This document shows, piece after piece, positions 24,759 to 36,678 of a stretch of 64,000 nt of DNA. The notes under the pieces are model-generated. The model was not told the origin of the DNA. It saw only the letters and a list, made by a program, of their open reading frames with translations, and made no database searches. Made by a program: the position numbers and the translations under genes. The DNA is taken from assembly GCA_052327205.1 (NCBI GenBank), contig CM126224.1:28644001-28708000 (forward strand). Reading direction: 5' to 3'. Positions within the stretch are counted from its first letter, which is position 1. Each line of letters starts with the position of its first letter. Source of the DNA: Somniosus microcephalus (Eukaryota).

Positions 24759-25045
24759 TGATGTGCCTTCAATAACCACAAAACTAGAAGTTATAGACTT
24801 TAACAAGTTGGCTTTTAATCACTAAGATCAGAGCTAACATCTCAACACACTGACTGGCTCACAGGAATGAGTCATACAGATCCTGGGATCTTTAAGTAAG
24901 AGAGGTCAGGGGTGGAGCCAAGAGCCAAGACCTGGAACCTTCCAGGTTAGTCAGGGAAGAGGAAGTGAAACTATACACCGTGTGGGGGAGGGTAATATAC
25001 ATGAGTGCAAAACGAACACAGGCAAGAGAAACAGATTTCATTACA
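24759..25045 (-). mobile_element. Solo LTR (287 bp), Gypsy-type, related to the intact element
   Basis: TG...CA ends with exact 5-bp TSD AGTAC (24754-24758, 25046-25050). The minus strand ends ATTGAAGGCACATCA (intact LTR: ATTGATAGGTATATCA), shares TTGGCTCCACCC, and has TTAGTGATTAAAAGCC at the poly(A)-signal position. Confidence 0.8.
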
Positions 25046-25082
25046 AGTACTAAAGCTACTGACACAGGAATAGTTTTGCTAT

Positions 25083-25311
25083 AAAAACAGAAAATGCTGT
25101 AAACACTCAGCAGGTCAGGCAGCATCTGTGGAGAGAGAAACCGAGTTAACGTTTCAGGTCGACGACCCTTTGTCAGAACTGGCGCCAGAGTCATCGACCT
25201 GAAACATTAACTCTGTTTCTCTCTCCACAGATGCTGCCCGACCTGCTGAGTATTGCCAGCAGTTTCTGTTCTTATTTCAGATTTCCAGCATCTGCAGTAT
25301 TTTGCTTTTGT
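25083..25311. mobile_element. Palindromic Penelope-type non-autonomous insert
   Basis: Long inverted repeat centred near 25180. 14-bp TSD aatagttttgctat (25069-25082, 25312-25325). Degenerate hammerhead core (CTGACAA...GAAAC) on the minus strand. Confidence 0.8.
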
Positions 25312-25834
25312 AATAGTTTTGCTATTGCAGTTTTACCTGTAAACTACAAATTAAATATCTAAAATACCATTTACATAAAGAAACATCTTGGTAGTGTTCA
25401 CTTTGCAATGCCCTTTTCATTTTCGTTCTTTCCCCATTTTTTTATTTGACACTCTCCTATCCTAACTTTTTTTATTATTTGATGTTTCAAATACCTTTTT
25501 CCTTCATCGGCCCCAACATGACCGAGCCTAGATGAGTAAACTCGACACAATTAATACGGGAGCATTTTCAGTCACCTTTTCTTTTGTAAACCTACCTTCC
25601 TATTCCAGTACTATTTTTATCCTGACATTCTCCTAGCCCTTTCCTCTCATTAATTTCCAGGTATAAATTATTGATGGTAAAGAGAAATCAAAGGAAACTG
25701 AGGCGGCGTGCTTATCTCCACTTCAGCAGAAACAGGACTGTGTTGTTGCGTGAGTGAGAACTTTTCAAATTTCTGCAGATCTGTTCCGAGAGTTTTAGAA
25801 TAGTTTTAGTAACAGGTGCTTCTGTTTCTTACAG

Positions 25835-26430
25835 AATGCCAACTTGCACTTACTTAGTGGTTTTAATGCAATTAGATTACCACAGGGCTTCAAAAAAGCA
25901 GGGGTGGGGGAAGGGTGAGGGTGTGGAGACCAAGCAAGTAGTCAGAAAAAAAATCAGGGGAGGCGACTGAAGTCGTGATCAAAGAGATGGGTGTTGGGGA
26001 GGCTGTTGAAGGCAGGGAGAGATGTGGTAACGCCGAGAATTCCAGAGTTCAGGGCTGTGATTGCTGCATACTCAACAACCAATGGTGAAATGGAAAGATG
26101 AATGCACAATTGACTTCAATTGCAAGAGTGGAGGCTGTGAGCTGGGATGTAGGGCTGGAGAAATTTGCAGAGGTAAGGTAGGTGAGGTCAAGAGGGGATT
26201 TGGAAATACGGATGAGTATTTTGAAATCAGTGTATCTGTACAGGATAGGATGTGGGTGGTGGAGTATTGTACAATTTGGATTTTATGTAGGAAAGAGCTC
26301 GGGATGCAGATGATGAGCAAGTCAAACAAGCGGAGCCTGGAGGACACTAAAACTCACTGCCTAAGCAAGTATGATGAGAGTTCTAGCAGAAATGGAGGCG
26401 AGGTAGGGACAGATGAACCGTATTATAAAT
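25835..26430 (-). mobile_element. Decayed L2-like LINE fragment
   Basis: Starts with a tail-like aacttgcacttacttagtgg and has the purine-rich body typical of antisense L2 relics. Confidence 0.45.
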
Positions 26431-27644
26431 GACCATCACTACAGACCCAATTCAAAATAGCATTGATGTGAATGAGAAAGCACGTTGGGTCTGGTCACGT
26501 TGGCACACTTCAGTGCAGCTAACAACTACACATTCATTTGACTAATAAGTATTAGTAATTTACAAACTTATTGGTTTTATGCCTTTTTTACAGGCCTAAA
26601 GACTGCCGAGTGACAACCTTTGAGTAATGTCCTGTGTGCTTGACAACACGTGGTTCACTTGCTGTTCTTATTTCAGCAAAAAACACAATTAATATAGAAA
26701 GTCTGGTCAATGGGGCCACTGTTAGAAAAGCTGTCTTTTTAAAATTTTGCACCTCCAAAAAAAAAAACGCAGGGAGGCCACTATAAAGATGGCTGTGCCA
26801 CAACAAGATGAGGGAGTGTTTGGTCAGCGCCAGGGATTTAGACTGTATAAACAAATGCCAGGTCTGACACCTAAGCCAGACTTTGATCCACAATGTGAGA
26901 CTTCAGGCAGCACCGAATTTGTGGGTTGATTTGAAGTTGCCACACTTGTGTTCTCACTCAACACCTACATAATTGGATTTAAAAGGTTTGATGTCTGCAG
27001 GCTATGGATCTGTACCTGATGTAAATTGTCATGAGTTATTTAATGTCGTACTTGCCTTACAACGCTGCTGCCACTGGAACCACTACTTCACCAACAGTGC
27101 TGTAAATTATTTCGTCGTTTATTTCATTTCCTCCTGTCCTGACAACATTGATTCTGGCTGAGGTACAGCTCCACCAATGCTGAGCGCTGCCCTTACCCAA
27201 GTGGCCAGCTTTCATGAGTGAGCCTAGACAGTGAGTGACCGTCAGCCATTTAACCACAGGGGGAATCATGGCTGAGCCTGACCCGGTTCTCTCAGGACCC
27301 ATAAATGTGCATTTCTAGCACGTTGCTGGATAATGATGAAGGACAAGAACTCGAGCTGATATTTTTACTCCCCCCTTAACCCCAGTGCTCGGAGGCCACT
27401 TGTACTGTTCACAAAGGCCTGCAACAGCAAAACCACTTTGCCTGTATGAGCAGGTGTCAGTGCTTGAAACACATAGGACCCTGGAGCCAAAAAGATGGGT
27501 GCCTCCATTTTAACACTGTTTGGATTTACATTGGTGCCAGAGGTTGCACTATTATGGATACTTCGGCTCATAATACTAGCATTGCCTTGTGCACTTTGTT
27601 GATTTTGCTGCTGACTTTAGAGCTGCTGTTGGCAGCAAAGAAAA

Positions 27645-28065
27645 TGAGGCAGAAGGATGTGGGTTCAAGTCCCACTCCAGAGACTTGAGCACAAAATCTA
27701 GGCTGACACTCCAGTGCAGTACTGAGGGAGTGCTGCATTGTCTTTCGGATGAGACATTAAACCGAGGCCCCGTCTGTTCTCTCAGGTGGACATAAGAGAT
27801 CCTATGGCATTATTTCGAAGAAGAGTTATCCCTGGTGTCCTAGCCAATATTTATCCCTCAATAAACATTACTAAAAGCAGATTATCTGGTCATTATCACA
27901 TTGCTGTTTGTGGGAGCTTGCTATGTGCAAATTGGTTGCCACATTTCCTGCATTACAACAGTGACTACACTGGAGGGGGGTGGTGGGGGAGTATTTCATT
28001 GGGTGTAAAGCGCTTTGGGATGTCTGGTGGTCATGAAAGGTGCTATATAAATGCAAGTCTTTCTT
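27645..28065 (+). mobile_element. tRNA-derived DeuSINE (SacSINE1-like)
   Basis: B-box gggttcaagtccc, Deu-domain core ctttcggatgagacattaaaccgaggccccgtctg, L2-type tail aggtgctatataaatgcaagtctttc. Confidence 0.85.
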
Positions 28066-28744
28066 TTATACAAAAACCATTGGTAGAATACTGAAAATTT
28101 TTTTCACTGTAATCTGCTTCGCATATATGTGGATTTGAATGAACATTATCCTACCGTACACATGCACTTCGCATTTAGTTATGTGATGATGTCTTTTAAT
28201 GAAGACATTTTGTTTTAAGATGAGTTACATACCTTGAATAAAAAATCTTTTAAAGAAGCCTTACTTGTTGCAGGTATTTTTACTTACTGAGATCTGCAGT
28301 ATGAGGGAACTGAAATAACAGACATGTTGAAATGACAATACCATTGTAACATTATTTTGTTCATAACTGTATAGCTGTTTCTGTTAATTCAGTTTCCTTG
28401 AAATAGCAGGCTTCTTCTCCCCGCCATTTCCCTTGCTGATGATATTGGAATTAATTGCTTATGTTTAGAAATGCAAAAATAAGAGAATGTTAATCTTGGT
28501 CATAATGGTTCTCTGCTGTTTTTTTTTTTAAGGTTCCGATACTGAGGCTTGGCATTAGTATGGTGTTAGCTTGGAGTTGAGTAATTTATCAGTTTTCGGG
28601 CAGCTGGGTGACCTGCATCCAGACCTCTGTCTATGATGTTCTAAACTGGTTGCTAGAAGATTAGGCTTTCCCTCCAGTTCTCTCTTCCCAGGAAAGACTT
28701 TGCTGTTGCCCAATATCATCCCAGATGGACTTGACAGCAGTTAA

Positions 28745-29506
28745 TGGCCCAGAAATTCGGGTCGGGGGCTTCGCGCGGGTGCAAGCCTCCGACCTGCACT
28801 TAGCTAGCGCGCCGGCCATTGTGCTGTGGGCCCGCGTGGGATTCCGATCCTGGGCCTCCTTCAACTGCCGGCGCGCAGTGCTTGCGTATCCCAGGGGCGC
28901 AGTTAGTTCGATGCGTCCCCTCGGATCACGTGGGCCATGGAGAGCCAATGGTAGCAGGGAATGCTTCATTCATAAGTTTGACAGGAAGAACTGTCAAACC
29001 TATAAATACTATAAGCCCCAAAACATCACTAAAACTTCAAATAAATTTTAAAAACATCACATTTTTAAAATAACTATAAATTACATGAAATAACTATTTT
29101 AAACTAATTTAAATTTTTGAAAAAATAATTACATTTTCTAACGGGGCTAAAAATAAACTTAACTTTCTTTAAAGTTTATAAAAAATAATAAACCTGTGGA
29201 AAAAATGTTTTAATTTTAATGAATTCACCACTTCCCTTGTTAAAAGCAGGCCTTGTGCCTGCTTTTTAAAAGTGTAACTCCTAGAGACTTACCCTCCCGG
29301 AGAAACCTGCAAAAAAAACGTAAGTTCAATGCGCATGCGCTGCCTCTCCGGCGCACACGTTCGACCACTGAACAACTACTTTCAGGGGAACGGAAGTGCC
29401 GGTTTCCCACGCATGTGCAGTGCATGCACGAAACCGGCACTTTCGTTGGGTCTACGCGTGAGTACCCCGTGCGTACTCACGCGTTGGGACCCGAATTTCT
29501 GGGCCA
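28745..29506. mobile_element. Non-autonomous PIF/Harbinger-type element (MITE)
   Basis: Perfect 22-bp inverted repeat (including the TWA flanks) taatggcccagaaattcgggtc at 28742-28763 and 29488-29509. GC-rich subtermini, AT-rich centre, no coding capacity. Confidence 0.8.
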
Positions 29507-30049
29507 TTATAACTGCATGAGCAACCTGTTTTCTACCACTTTATGTTGCAACATAGCAGTAAAAAGAAAAAAGAAAGACTTGCATTTATATAGCGCCTTG
29601 CACGTCCTCAGGACTTGCCAAAGTGCTTTACAGCCAATTAAGTGCTTTTTTTTGACGTGTAGTCACAGTTGTAATGTAGGACAATAAGGTGCTGCAGTAA
29701 TTTGAGGATTCACATTTATAGAGTTATTTTTCTTTATTGGGTGGACAATGCTAGTCACTCTCCAATTAAAAGATGAATCTTTAAACTGTTTATTGTATTT
29801 TGTATTTATTTTTGGTCAAATTAAGAGTCAGGTTACTAACCAGTGAAATGTAAAGAGCTAAAGAGCTATGTCTATGCCAGTATTGGCCTGCCTACCCATC
29901 CAACCTGGCAACTAGCCACTGAATATGGTTCAAAGTGATAATTGACAGACTGTATCCATTTATAATTAGTACTCTCTTTTACATGCTACTGTCACCAACA
30001 ATGGCTTAGCTAATTCCTTAATTGAGAGCTAAGAATAATGCTAAGTACA

Positions 30050-30470
30050 TGGGTGGGCTCCCATCGTCTAGCCTCCATAAGCTCCAGCCAATCCCAAACC
30101 CTACTGTGCATATCCTATCCTCCACAACATCCTGTTTGCCCATCCCTACTGTCCTGGCTGACCTCCTCCTCTCCCCCCCCCCCCCCCCCCCAACAACTCA
30201 TTTTAAAATTCTCATTCTTGTGTTTTAAAGCTTTGCCTCCCCCTTTATCTCCTCCAGCTCTAAACCACCTCCCCTGAACTCTCTGCCCGGCCTCTTGTGC
30301 AACCCCCATCATTGGTAGCTCTGGAAATCCCTTCCCAAATCTCTCTGCCTCACCAATTTCCTCTCCTTGAATGCCCTCCCCAAAACCCTCCACCTTCACT
30401 AAGCTTTTGATCATCCTCCTTATGCCTCCATGAAGTGCTTTTCTACATTAAAGATGTAGTTGTAGTTGTA
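30050..30470 (+). mobile_element. L2-like 3' fragment
   Basis: Contains ttttaaaattctcattcttgtgttt and ctctggaaatccc...aagcttttgatca, like other L2 relics in the window. Confidence 0.55.
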
Positions 30471-30651
30471 CATTATTACAATGAAATACAAATAATTTTA
30501 ATTGTTGGAGAGGTGAAAGAATTTGCCTGTTGTACCTTTCGCTATAAATGTGGAATGATTTTCAGTAGTGTGAATTGCAATGTAAATACAACAACATTCA
30601 ATTTTCTTTTGCATTTTACCAAAAAAGATCTTCCTGATCCCAGTCCAGTAT

Positions 30652-30935
30652 TGATGTGTCAAATAACTGCCTGAATCCATGAGGTTACAACTTAAAACTA
30701 AAGGCTTTTATTAAGTAAGAATCTTGGCATCAAGTTAACACAGGGCAACCATCATTCATCACCGACCCAGCCCTTATGAGTAAATCCCAGCTCTTATAAA
30801 TAAGACTCTCACCAATCAGGAGGATCCATAAAGGCGGAGCTAGGGAGGAACATTAGTGGTTACACCTGTAAAACATTTACAGACATTAACAAGTACAACA
30901 ACAGACAATCCAGAACACAGTGTTATTTCATCACA
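30652..30935 (-). mobile_element. Solo LTR (284 bp), Gypsy-type
   Basis: TG...CA ends with exact 5-bp TSD AGTAT (30647-30651, 30936-30940). The minus strand begins TGTGATGAAAT (solo LTR at 25045 begins TGTAATGAAAT), ends GACACATCA and has AATAAAAGCC. Confidence 0.8.
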
Positions 30936-31227
30936 AGTATAATGACATTACTGAGATGCCACTAACATGACAGCTCTTCGCCCAGTACACCGTATTGCCG
31001 AAAGGAACATTTATCACATAGCAAATGCACAAAAGATTTACAAAAAAAAAATCAGACTTGCCCATTAATTTGTCCACACCATCCACCCCACCTCCACAAA
31101 CTGCAGCTGGCGTCCCACCAGGCCTCTGGACATCTTGTACTCTTCTCCTTTTCTCCTTATCCTCCCAATCTTCACTGTCACTGCCTGGCCAGCTGAGTGT
31201 CGACATTGAGGCCCAATGTAAAAGAGG

Positions 31228-31742
31228 AAGGACTTCCATTTATCGTGTCTTTCACATGTCCCGGATATGCCCATGTGCTTCACAACCAGTCAATTACTTT
31301 TGAAGTGTAGTTACTATTGTGTCGGCAAATGTGGCGGCCAATATGTATACAGACAGGTCTTTGAAAAAGTGTGAATAAAATGCAAAAAAACCTGCTAATT
31401 CTGGAAATCTGATTCAAAAATAGAAAATGCTGAAATGCTCAGGTGATCCTTCAGCATCTGTGGAGCAAACAGGCAAGTTAACACCTAAAAGGCCAACTTG
31501 TCTGTTTCTTCACAGATGCTGACGGGCATTTGAAAAAGTGTCTCGTGATCCTTTCTATCCACCTGAACAGCCTGATGGAACCTCGGGGTTAATGTCTCAT
31601 CCGAAAGATGGCACCTCTGCCAATGCTGCACCTTCCCGCAGTGCTGCACCAGATTATGTGCTCATATCCCGGAGGGAGACTTGAACCAAGAACTTTTTGA
31701 GTCGGAGACGAGAGTGCTGCCACTGAGCCAAGCTGACACTCA
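31228..31742 (-). mobile_element. DeuSINE (SacSINE1-like) with a nested Penelope-type insert (31373-31528)
   Basis: Reverse complement of the Deu core (ggttaatgtctcatccgaaagatggcacc) and a tRNA head. The nested insert is flanked by a 13-bp TSD tttgaaaaagtgt (31360-31372, 31529-31541). Confidence 0.75.
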
Positions 31743-32224
31743 GTCTAAGCAGACAAAATGTTGATATATGGGAGTATGTAAAAGACTACAATTCAGAGTT
31801 CTCACCATCACCAAAAGTTCTTGTTTATTAAAAGAAAATCAGTTAACATTAGTCCTTTGACTGTTGAACGTGCAATTGCAATCTTTAATTTTTTTAATGT
31901 AATTCAGAAAGCACAAAGGCAATGTTATAGATTAATGAGGATTTGACATCTATACAAATGTAATTCAGGGTCATTGGGAAGGGGTGGAAACTATCAAACA
32001 TGTAACCAGGTGCTTGGGTTACTATAAGTTTGCGTTTAAATTTCAAATTCTGGATGTTGCATGTTGGTCTGTTCCTACAAGGGTTAAATAAATGGAACAA
32101 AGAGTTAACATACTAGTATTTGGAGTGAATGATCACATGCCTTTGTAGAGTCTTTCCCTCAGGACAGTACAAGCCTATATTTAGGTCTCCACTGCAAACA
32201 TTGTGTAAAATGATGTTTTGTCAT

Positions 32225-33320
32225 CGAGTCATAGAGTTATACAGCACAGAAAGAGGCCCTTCGGCCCATCGCGTCCGCGCCGGCCATCAAGCCCTGTCTA
32301 ATCTAATCCCATTTTCCAGCATTTGGTCCGTAGCCTTGTATGCTATGGCATTTCAAGTGCTCATCCAAATGCTTCTTGAATGTTGTGAGGGTTCCTGCCT
32401 CTACCACCCTTTCAGGCAGTGAGTTCCAGATTCCAACCACCCTCTGGGTGAAAAAGTTTTTCCTCAAATCCCCTCTAAACCTCCTGCCCCTTACCTTGAA
32501 TCTATGCCCCCTTGTTATTGACCCCTCTACTAAGGGGAAAAGTTCCTTTCTATCTACCCTATCTATGCCCCTCATAATTTTGTACACCTCAATCAGGTCC
32601 CCCCTCAGCCTTCTCTGCTCCAAGGAAAATAACCCCAGCCTGTCCAGTCTTTCTTCATAGCTGAAGCGCTCCAGCCCAGGTAACATCCTGGTAAATCTCC
32701 TCTGCACCCTCTCCAAAGCAATCACATCCTTCCTATAGTGTGGCAACCAGAACTGCACACAGTACTTCAGCTGTGGCCTTTACCAACGTTTTGTACAGCT
32801 CCATCATAACTTCCCTGCTCTTGCCTTCATTAGCCGAGGCATAGAATATAAGTATCCCATATGCCTTTTTAACCACCTTAGCCACCTGTTCTGCTGCCTC
32901 CAGGGATCTATGTACATGCACACCAAGGTCCCTCTGATCCTCTGTCTTTCCTAGGGTCTTACCATTCATTGTGTATTCCCTTGCCTTGTTAGTCCGTCCA
33001 AAATGCATCACCTCACACTTTTCAGGGTTAAATTCCATTTGCCACTGTTCCGCCCATCTGACCAACCCATCTATATCGTCCTGCAGCCTGAGGCTTCCCT
33101 CCTCGCTATTTACCACCCCACCAATTTTCGTGTCATCTGCGAACTTACTGATCATACCTTTTACATTCACATCCAAATCATTAATGTAGACCACAAACAG
33201 CAAGGGACCCAGCACTGATCCCTGCGGTACCCCACTGGACACAGGGTTCCAGTCACAAAAACAACCTTCCACCATCACCTTCTGCCACTAAGCCAGTTTT
33301 GGATCCAATGTGCCAAGTAT
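32225..33320 (-). mobile_element. 5'-truncated CR1 LINE (RT)
   Basis: Peptides SGVPQGSVLGPLLFVVYINDL, KFADDTK, QWQMEFNPEKC, ALERVQRRFTRMLP; frameshifted. Confidence 0.93.
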
Positions 33321-33881
33321 CTGTCAACTGTGTTTAGAATAAAGTGCGCACGTACACATGCACGCACTTGCAAGTAAATCTGCAAACATTTTGTCAATTA
33401 GTATATATTTTTAAAACATGTTAAATTCTGTATTTATTTTTACAAAAAAGCAACCAAAAAAAAATAGAGGATATCAGCCAGGAGTTGAATTTTTCAGGGT
33501 AACTGGTGCAGGTGTAAGCCAGGAGTGACTGCAGTATTACAGTGACCACCTTTCATCAAATGTATAATGAGAATAGCATCCATTTAAAACTTAGCCACGG
33601 AGAACTGCGTAGAAGGTAACAAACTATTAGAAAACGATCGATTTTCAACCAGCACTAAATTATTAATTTTTGCATTTTTTTAAGTTTAAAAAGAGTTTTT
33701 CAGTCTGAATATGTTATATGGAGTTAACTAATTGCCTCCCATTCTCCCCTTTGAACGAACCAATTTAATGATCATGTCTCTCAATGAGTTTCAGTTTCTC
33801 ACATTATTTATAAAAGCCAGACCAGTGAAAATAAAACATCAAATCAACTTTTATTGTCATTGTTAGTGCACAAGTGCAGTA

Positions 33882-34501
33882 CAGGTAGACTATCCTTTAT
33901 CCGAAAACCTCGGGACCAGCCGAGTTTCGGATAAAGGAGAATTTCGGATTTCGGAAGGTGGGTCGGCAGGGGTCCGCGGGGGGGGTCGGCGGGGGGTCGT
34001 GCGCACGACTTACGCTGACGCTCAGCGTAAGTCAGTCGGGGCCGGCGGGGTCGGCGGTTGTCGGGGCCGGCGGGGTCTGCGGGGGGGTCGGCGGTTGTCG
34101 GGGCTGGCGGGGTCGGTGGTTGGCGGGGTCGGCGGGGTCCGCGGGGGGGTCGGCGGTTGTCGGGGCTGGCGGGGTCGGCGGTTGTCGGGGCCGGCGGGGT
34201 CCGCGGTGGGGGGTCGGGGCTGGCGGGGTCGGCAGTTGTTGGGGCCGGCGGGGTCCGCGGGGGGGTCGGCGGTTGTCGGGGCCGGCGGGGTCCGTGGGGG
34301 GGTCGGCGGTTGTCGGGGCCGGCGGGGTCCGCGGCGGGGGGTCGTGTGCACGACTTACCCTTTATCCGAACTTCCGAAACCGGAACCCTCTAAAAACCGA
34401 AGGTTTTTTCGTTCGTACGCACGACTTACGCTGAACGAAAAAACCTTCGGTTTTTAGAGGGTTTCGGTTTTCGGAAGTCCGGATAAAGGGTAGTCTACCT
34501 G
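33882..34501. mobile_element. Tc1/mariner-pogo (Tigger-like) MITE containing a GC-rich minisatellite
   Basis: TIRs CAGGTAGACTA(T/C)CCTTTATCCG with TA duplication (33880-33881, 34502-34503). Confidence 0.85.
33958..34345. repeat. G-rich, CpG-rich minisatellite (~20-40 bp units such as ggggccggcggggtccgcggggggggtcggcggttgtc)
   Basis: Tandem degenerate repeats visible directly. Confidence 0.9.
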
Positions 34502-35396
34502 TACAACGAAATGTAGGCTTGCGGCTCCCGAGAGTGTACAATTTGGATTAGGACACTTAAACATTCAACATACATTTATACATTTGGCTTGCAGTATATT
34601 AGCATAAATATGACCATAATAAAGTGCATTGGCAGATGTGCAGGCTTTAGTGTTTATTTGTGGAGTTCAGTAGGATGACAGCCCTGGGAAAGAAGCTGTT
34701 CCTAAATCTGGTCGTACGGGTGCGAATGCATCTGTCGCGTCTTCCAGATGGTAGGAGGGCGAACAGATTGTGGCTGGGGTGGGCAGGGTCTTTGATGATG
34801 GACCGTGCCCTCCGTAGGCAGCGTTTCTGATATATATGCTCTATGGTCGGGTGCCGGTAATGCGTTGGGCAGTTTTGACTACCCGCTGCAGGGCTTTCCG
34901 GTCATGGTAGCTACAGCTGCCATATCATACCGTGATACAGTTTGTCCGGATGCTCTCTATAGTGCAGCGGTAGAAGTTAGAGAGGATCAGGGGTGACGGA
35001 TTACATCCCTTCAGCCTCCTCAAGAAATATAGGCGCTGCTGGGCCTTCTTCACCAGAGAGGAGGTGTTGAGGGACCAGGAGAGGTCTTCCGTGATGTGGA
35101 CTCCGAGGAACTTAAAGCTGGCCACCCTTTCCACCTCCGCCCCATTGATGTGGATGGGGGTGTGACTTCCGCCTTTGGACTTCCTGAAGTCCACGATTAT
35201 TTCCTTTGTTTTCTTGGTGTTAAGGGCCAGGTTGTTGTCGGCGCACCACTTCACGAGATGCTGGACCTCCTCCCTGTAGGCTGACTCATCGTTGTTGATG
35301 ATCTGGCCTACTACCGTGGACCTACTACTACTAGCTGTCCTAAACATGCATATTGTAAATGTAGAAATATAATTTCTCCAAATAAAGTTGTGTTAC

Positions 35397-36416
35397 AGTA
35401 AGATTGCCATCGAATTACAGTATGCAGACGATGTTTGCGTCTGCGCTCACTCTGAGGCCGAACTCCAAACCATCGTTAACACCTTCACCAAAGCGTACGA
35501 GAGCATGGGCCTTACACTAAACATCCGTAAGACAAAGGTCCTCTACCAACCTGCCCCCGCCACACAGTACTGCTCCCCGATTATCAAAATCCATGACGAG
35601 GCCTTGGACAACGTGGACCACTTTCCAAACCTCAGGAGCCTACTGTCAACAAGGGCAGACGTCGATGACGAAGTCCAACACCGCCTTCAGTGTGCCAGTG
35701 CAGCCTTCGGTCGCCTGAGGAAGAGAGTGTCTGAAGACCAGGACCTCAAACCCAGCACCAAGCTCATGGTCTACAGAGCAGTAGTGATACTCGCCCTCCT
35801 GTATGCTTCAGAGACATGGACCATGTACAGCAGGCACCTCAAAGCACTGGAGAGGTACCACCAACGCTGCCTGCACAAGATCCTGCAAATTCATTGGCAG
35901 GATAGGCGCACCAACGTCCGTGTTCTCGCTCAGGCCAACATCCCCAGCATCGAAGCTTTGACCACGCTCGATCAGCTCCAATGGACAGCGTCCAAATGCC
36001 CGATACGAGACTCCCAAAACAATCGCTCTACTCGGAACTCCGACATGGCAAGAGAGCCTCAGGTGGGCAGAGGAAACGTTTCAAGGACACCCTCAAAGCC
36101 TCCTTGAAAAAATGCAACATCCCCACCGACACCTGAGAATCCCTGGCCCAAGACCGCACAAAGTGGAGGAGAAGCATCCGGGAAGGCGCCGAACACCTCG
36201 AGTCTCTTCGCCAGGAGCAAGCGGAAGCCAAGTGCAAACAGCGGAAGGAGCGCACGTCAACCCAGGCACCCCACCCACCCGCCCCTTCAACCACTGTCTG
36301 CCCCACCTGTGACAGAGACTGTAGGTCCCGCATTGGACTCATCAGTCACCTGAGAACTCATTTTTAATGTGGAAGCAAGTCATCCTTGGTTCCGAGGGAC
36401 TGCCTAAGAAGAAGAA
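35397..36416 (+). mobile_element. RTE-clade (BovB/Expander-like) LINE 3' part
   Basis: Peptides LQYADD, GLTLNIRKTKVL, TKLMVYRAVV..LLYASETWT, a C-terminal CPTC..C.SRIGL.SHLRTH zinc finger, and an (AAG)n tail. Confidence 0.9.
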
Positions 36417-36678
36417 TCCCTCCTAAATGTATGTGTGTATATGATTCAAATTTATAACTGTTGGCATTTATAATTTTCACCAGTAGAAATTTATAAGTAG
36501 TTTAATCTACTGAAGTGTATACCTTTACTAAACTGAAATTCCTTGCCTTAATCAGACAGACTGGTGCCTTCCTGTTCTTAAAGGAGAGGTTTAATCCTGC
36601 TGCACATTGATCACTCTGGTCATTGCTGCTTGTGAACTGGGCCTGCAAGGAGCTGTCAGCCTTCACTCAAAAGAAGTC

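Larger units (their letters stand above)
33836..35320 (-). mobile_element. Rex1/Babar-clade LINE 3' part, interrupted by a MITE
   Basis: Peptides DESAYREEVQHLVKWCADNNLALNTKKTKEIIVDFRK and FKFLGVHITEDLSWSLN...KKAQQRLYFLRRLK. 3' end has AATAAA and a TTTGA-type tail on the minus strand. Confidence 0.88.

Noticed and set aside
27645-27700. tRNA gene (also B-box-like words at ~22540 and ~50325)
   Set aside because: SINE heads without a complete cloverleaf.
33958-34457. Gly/Arg/Pro-rich ORFs on both strands
   Set aside because: They arise from the stop-free GC minisatellite inside a MITE.
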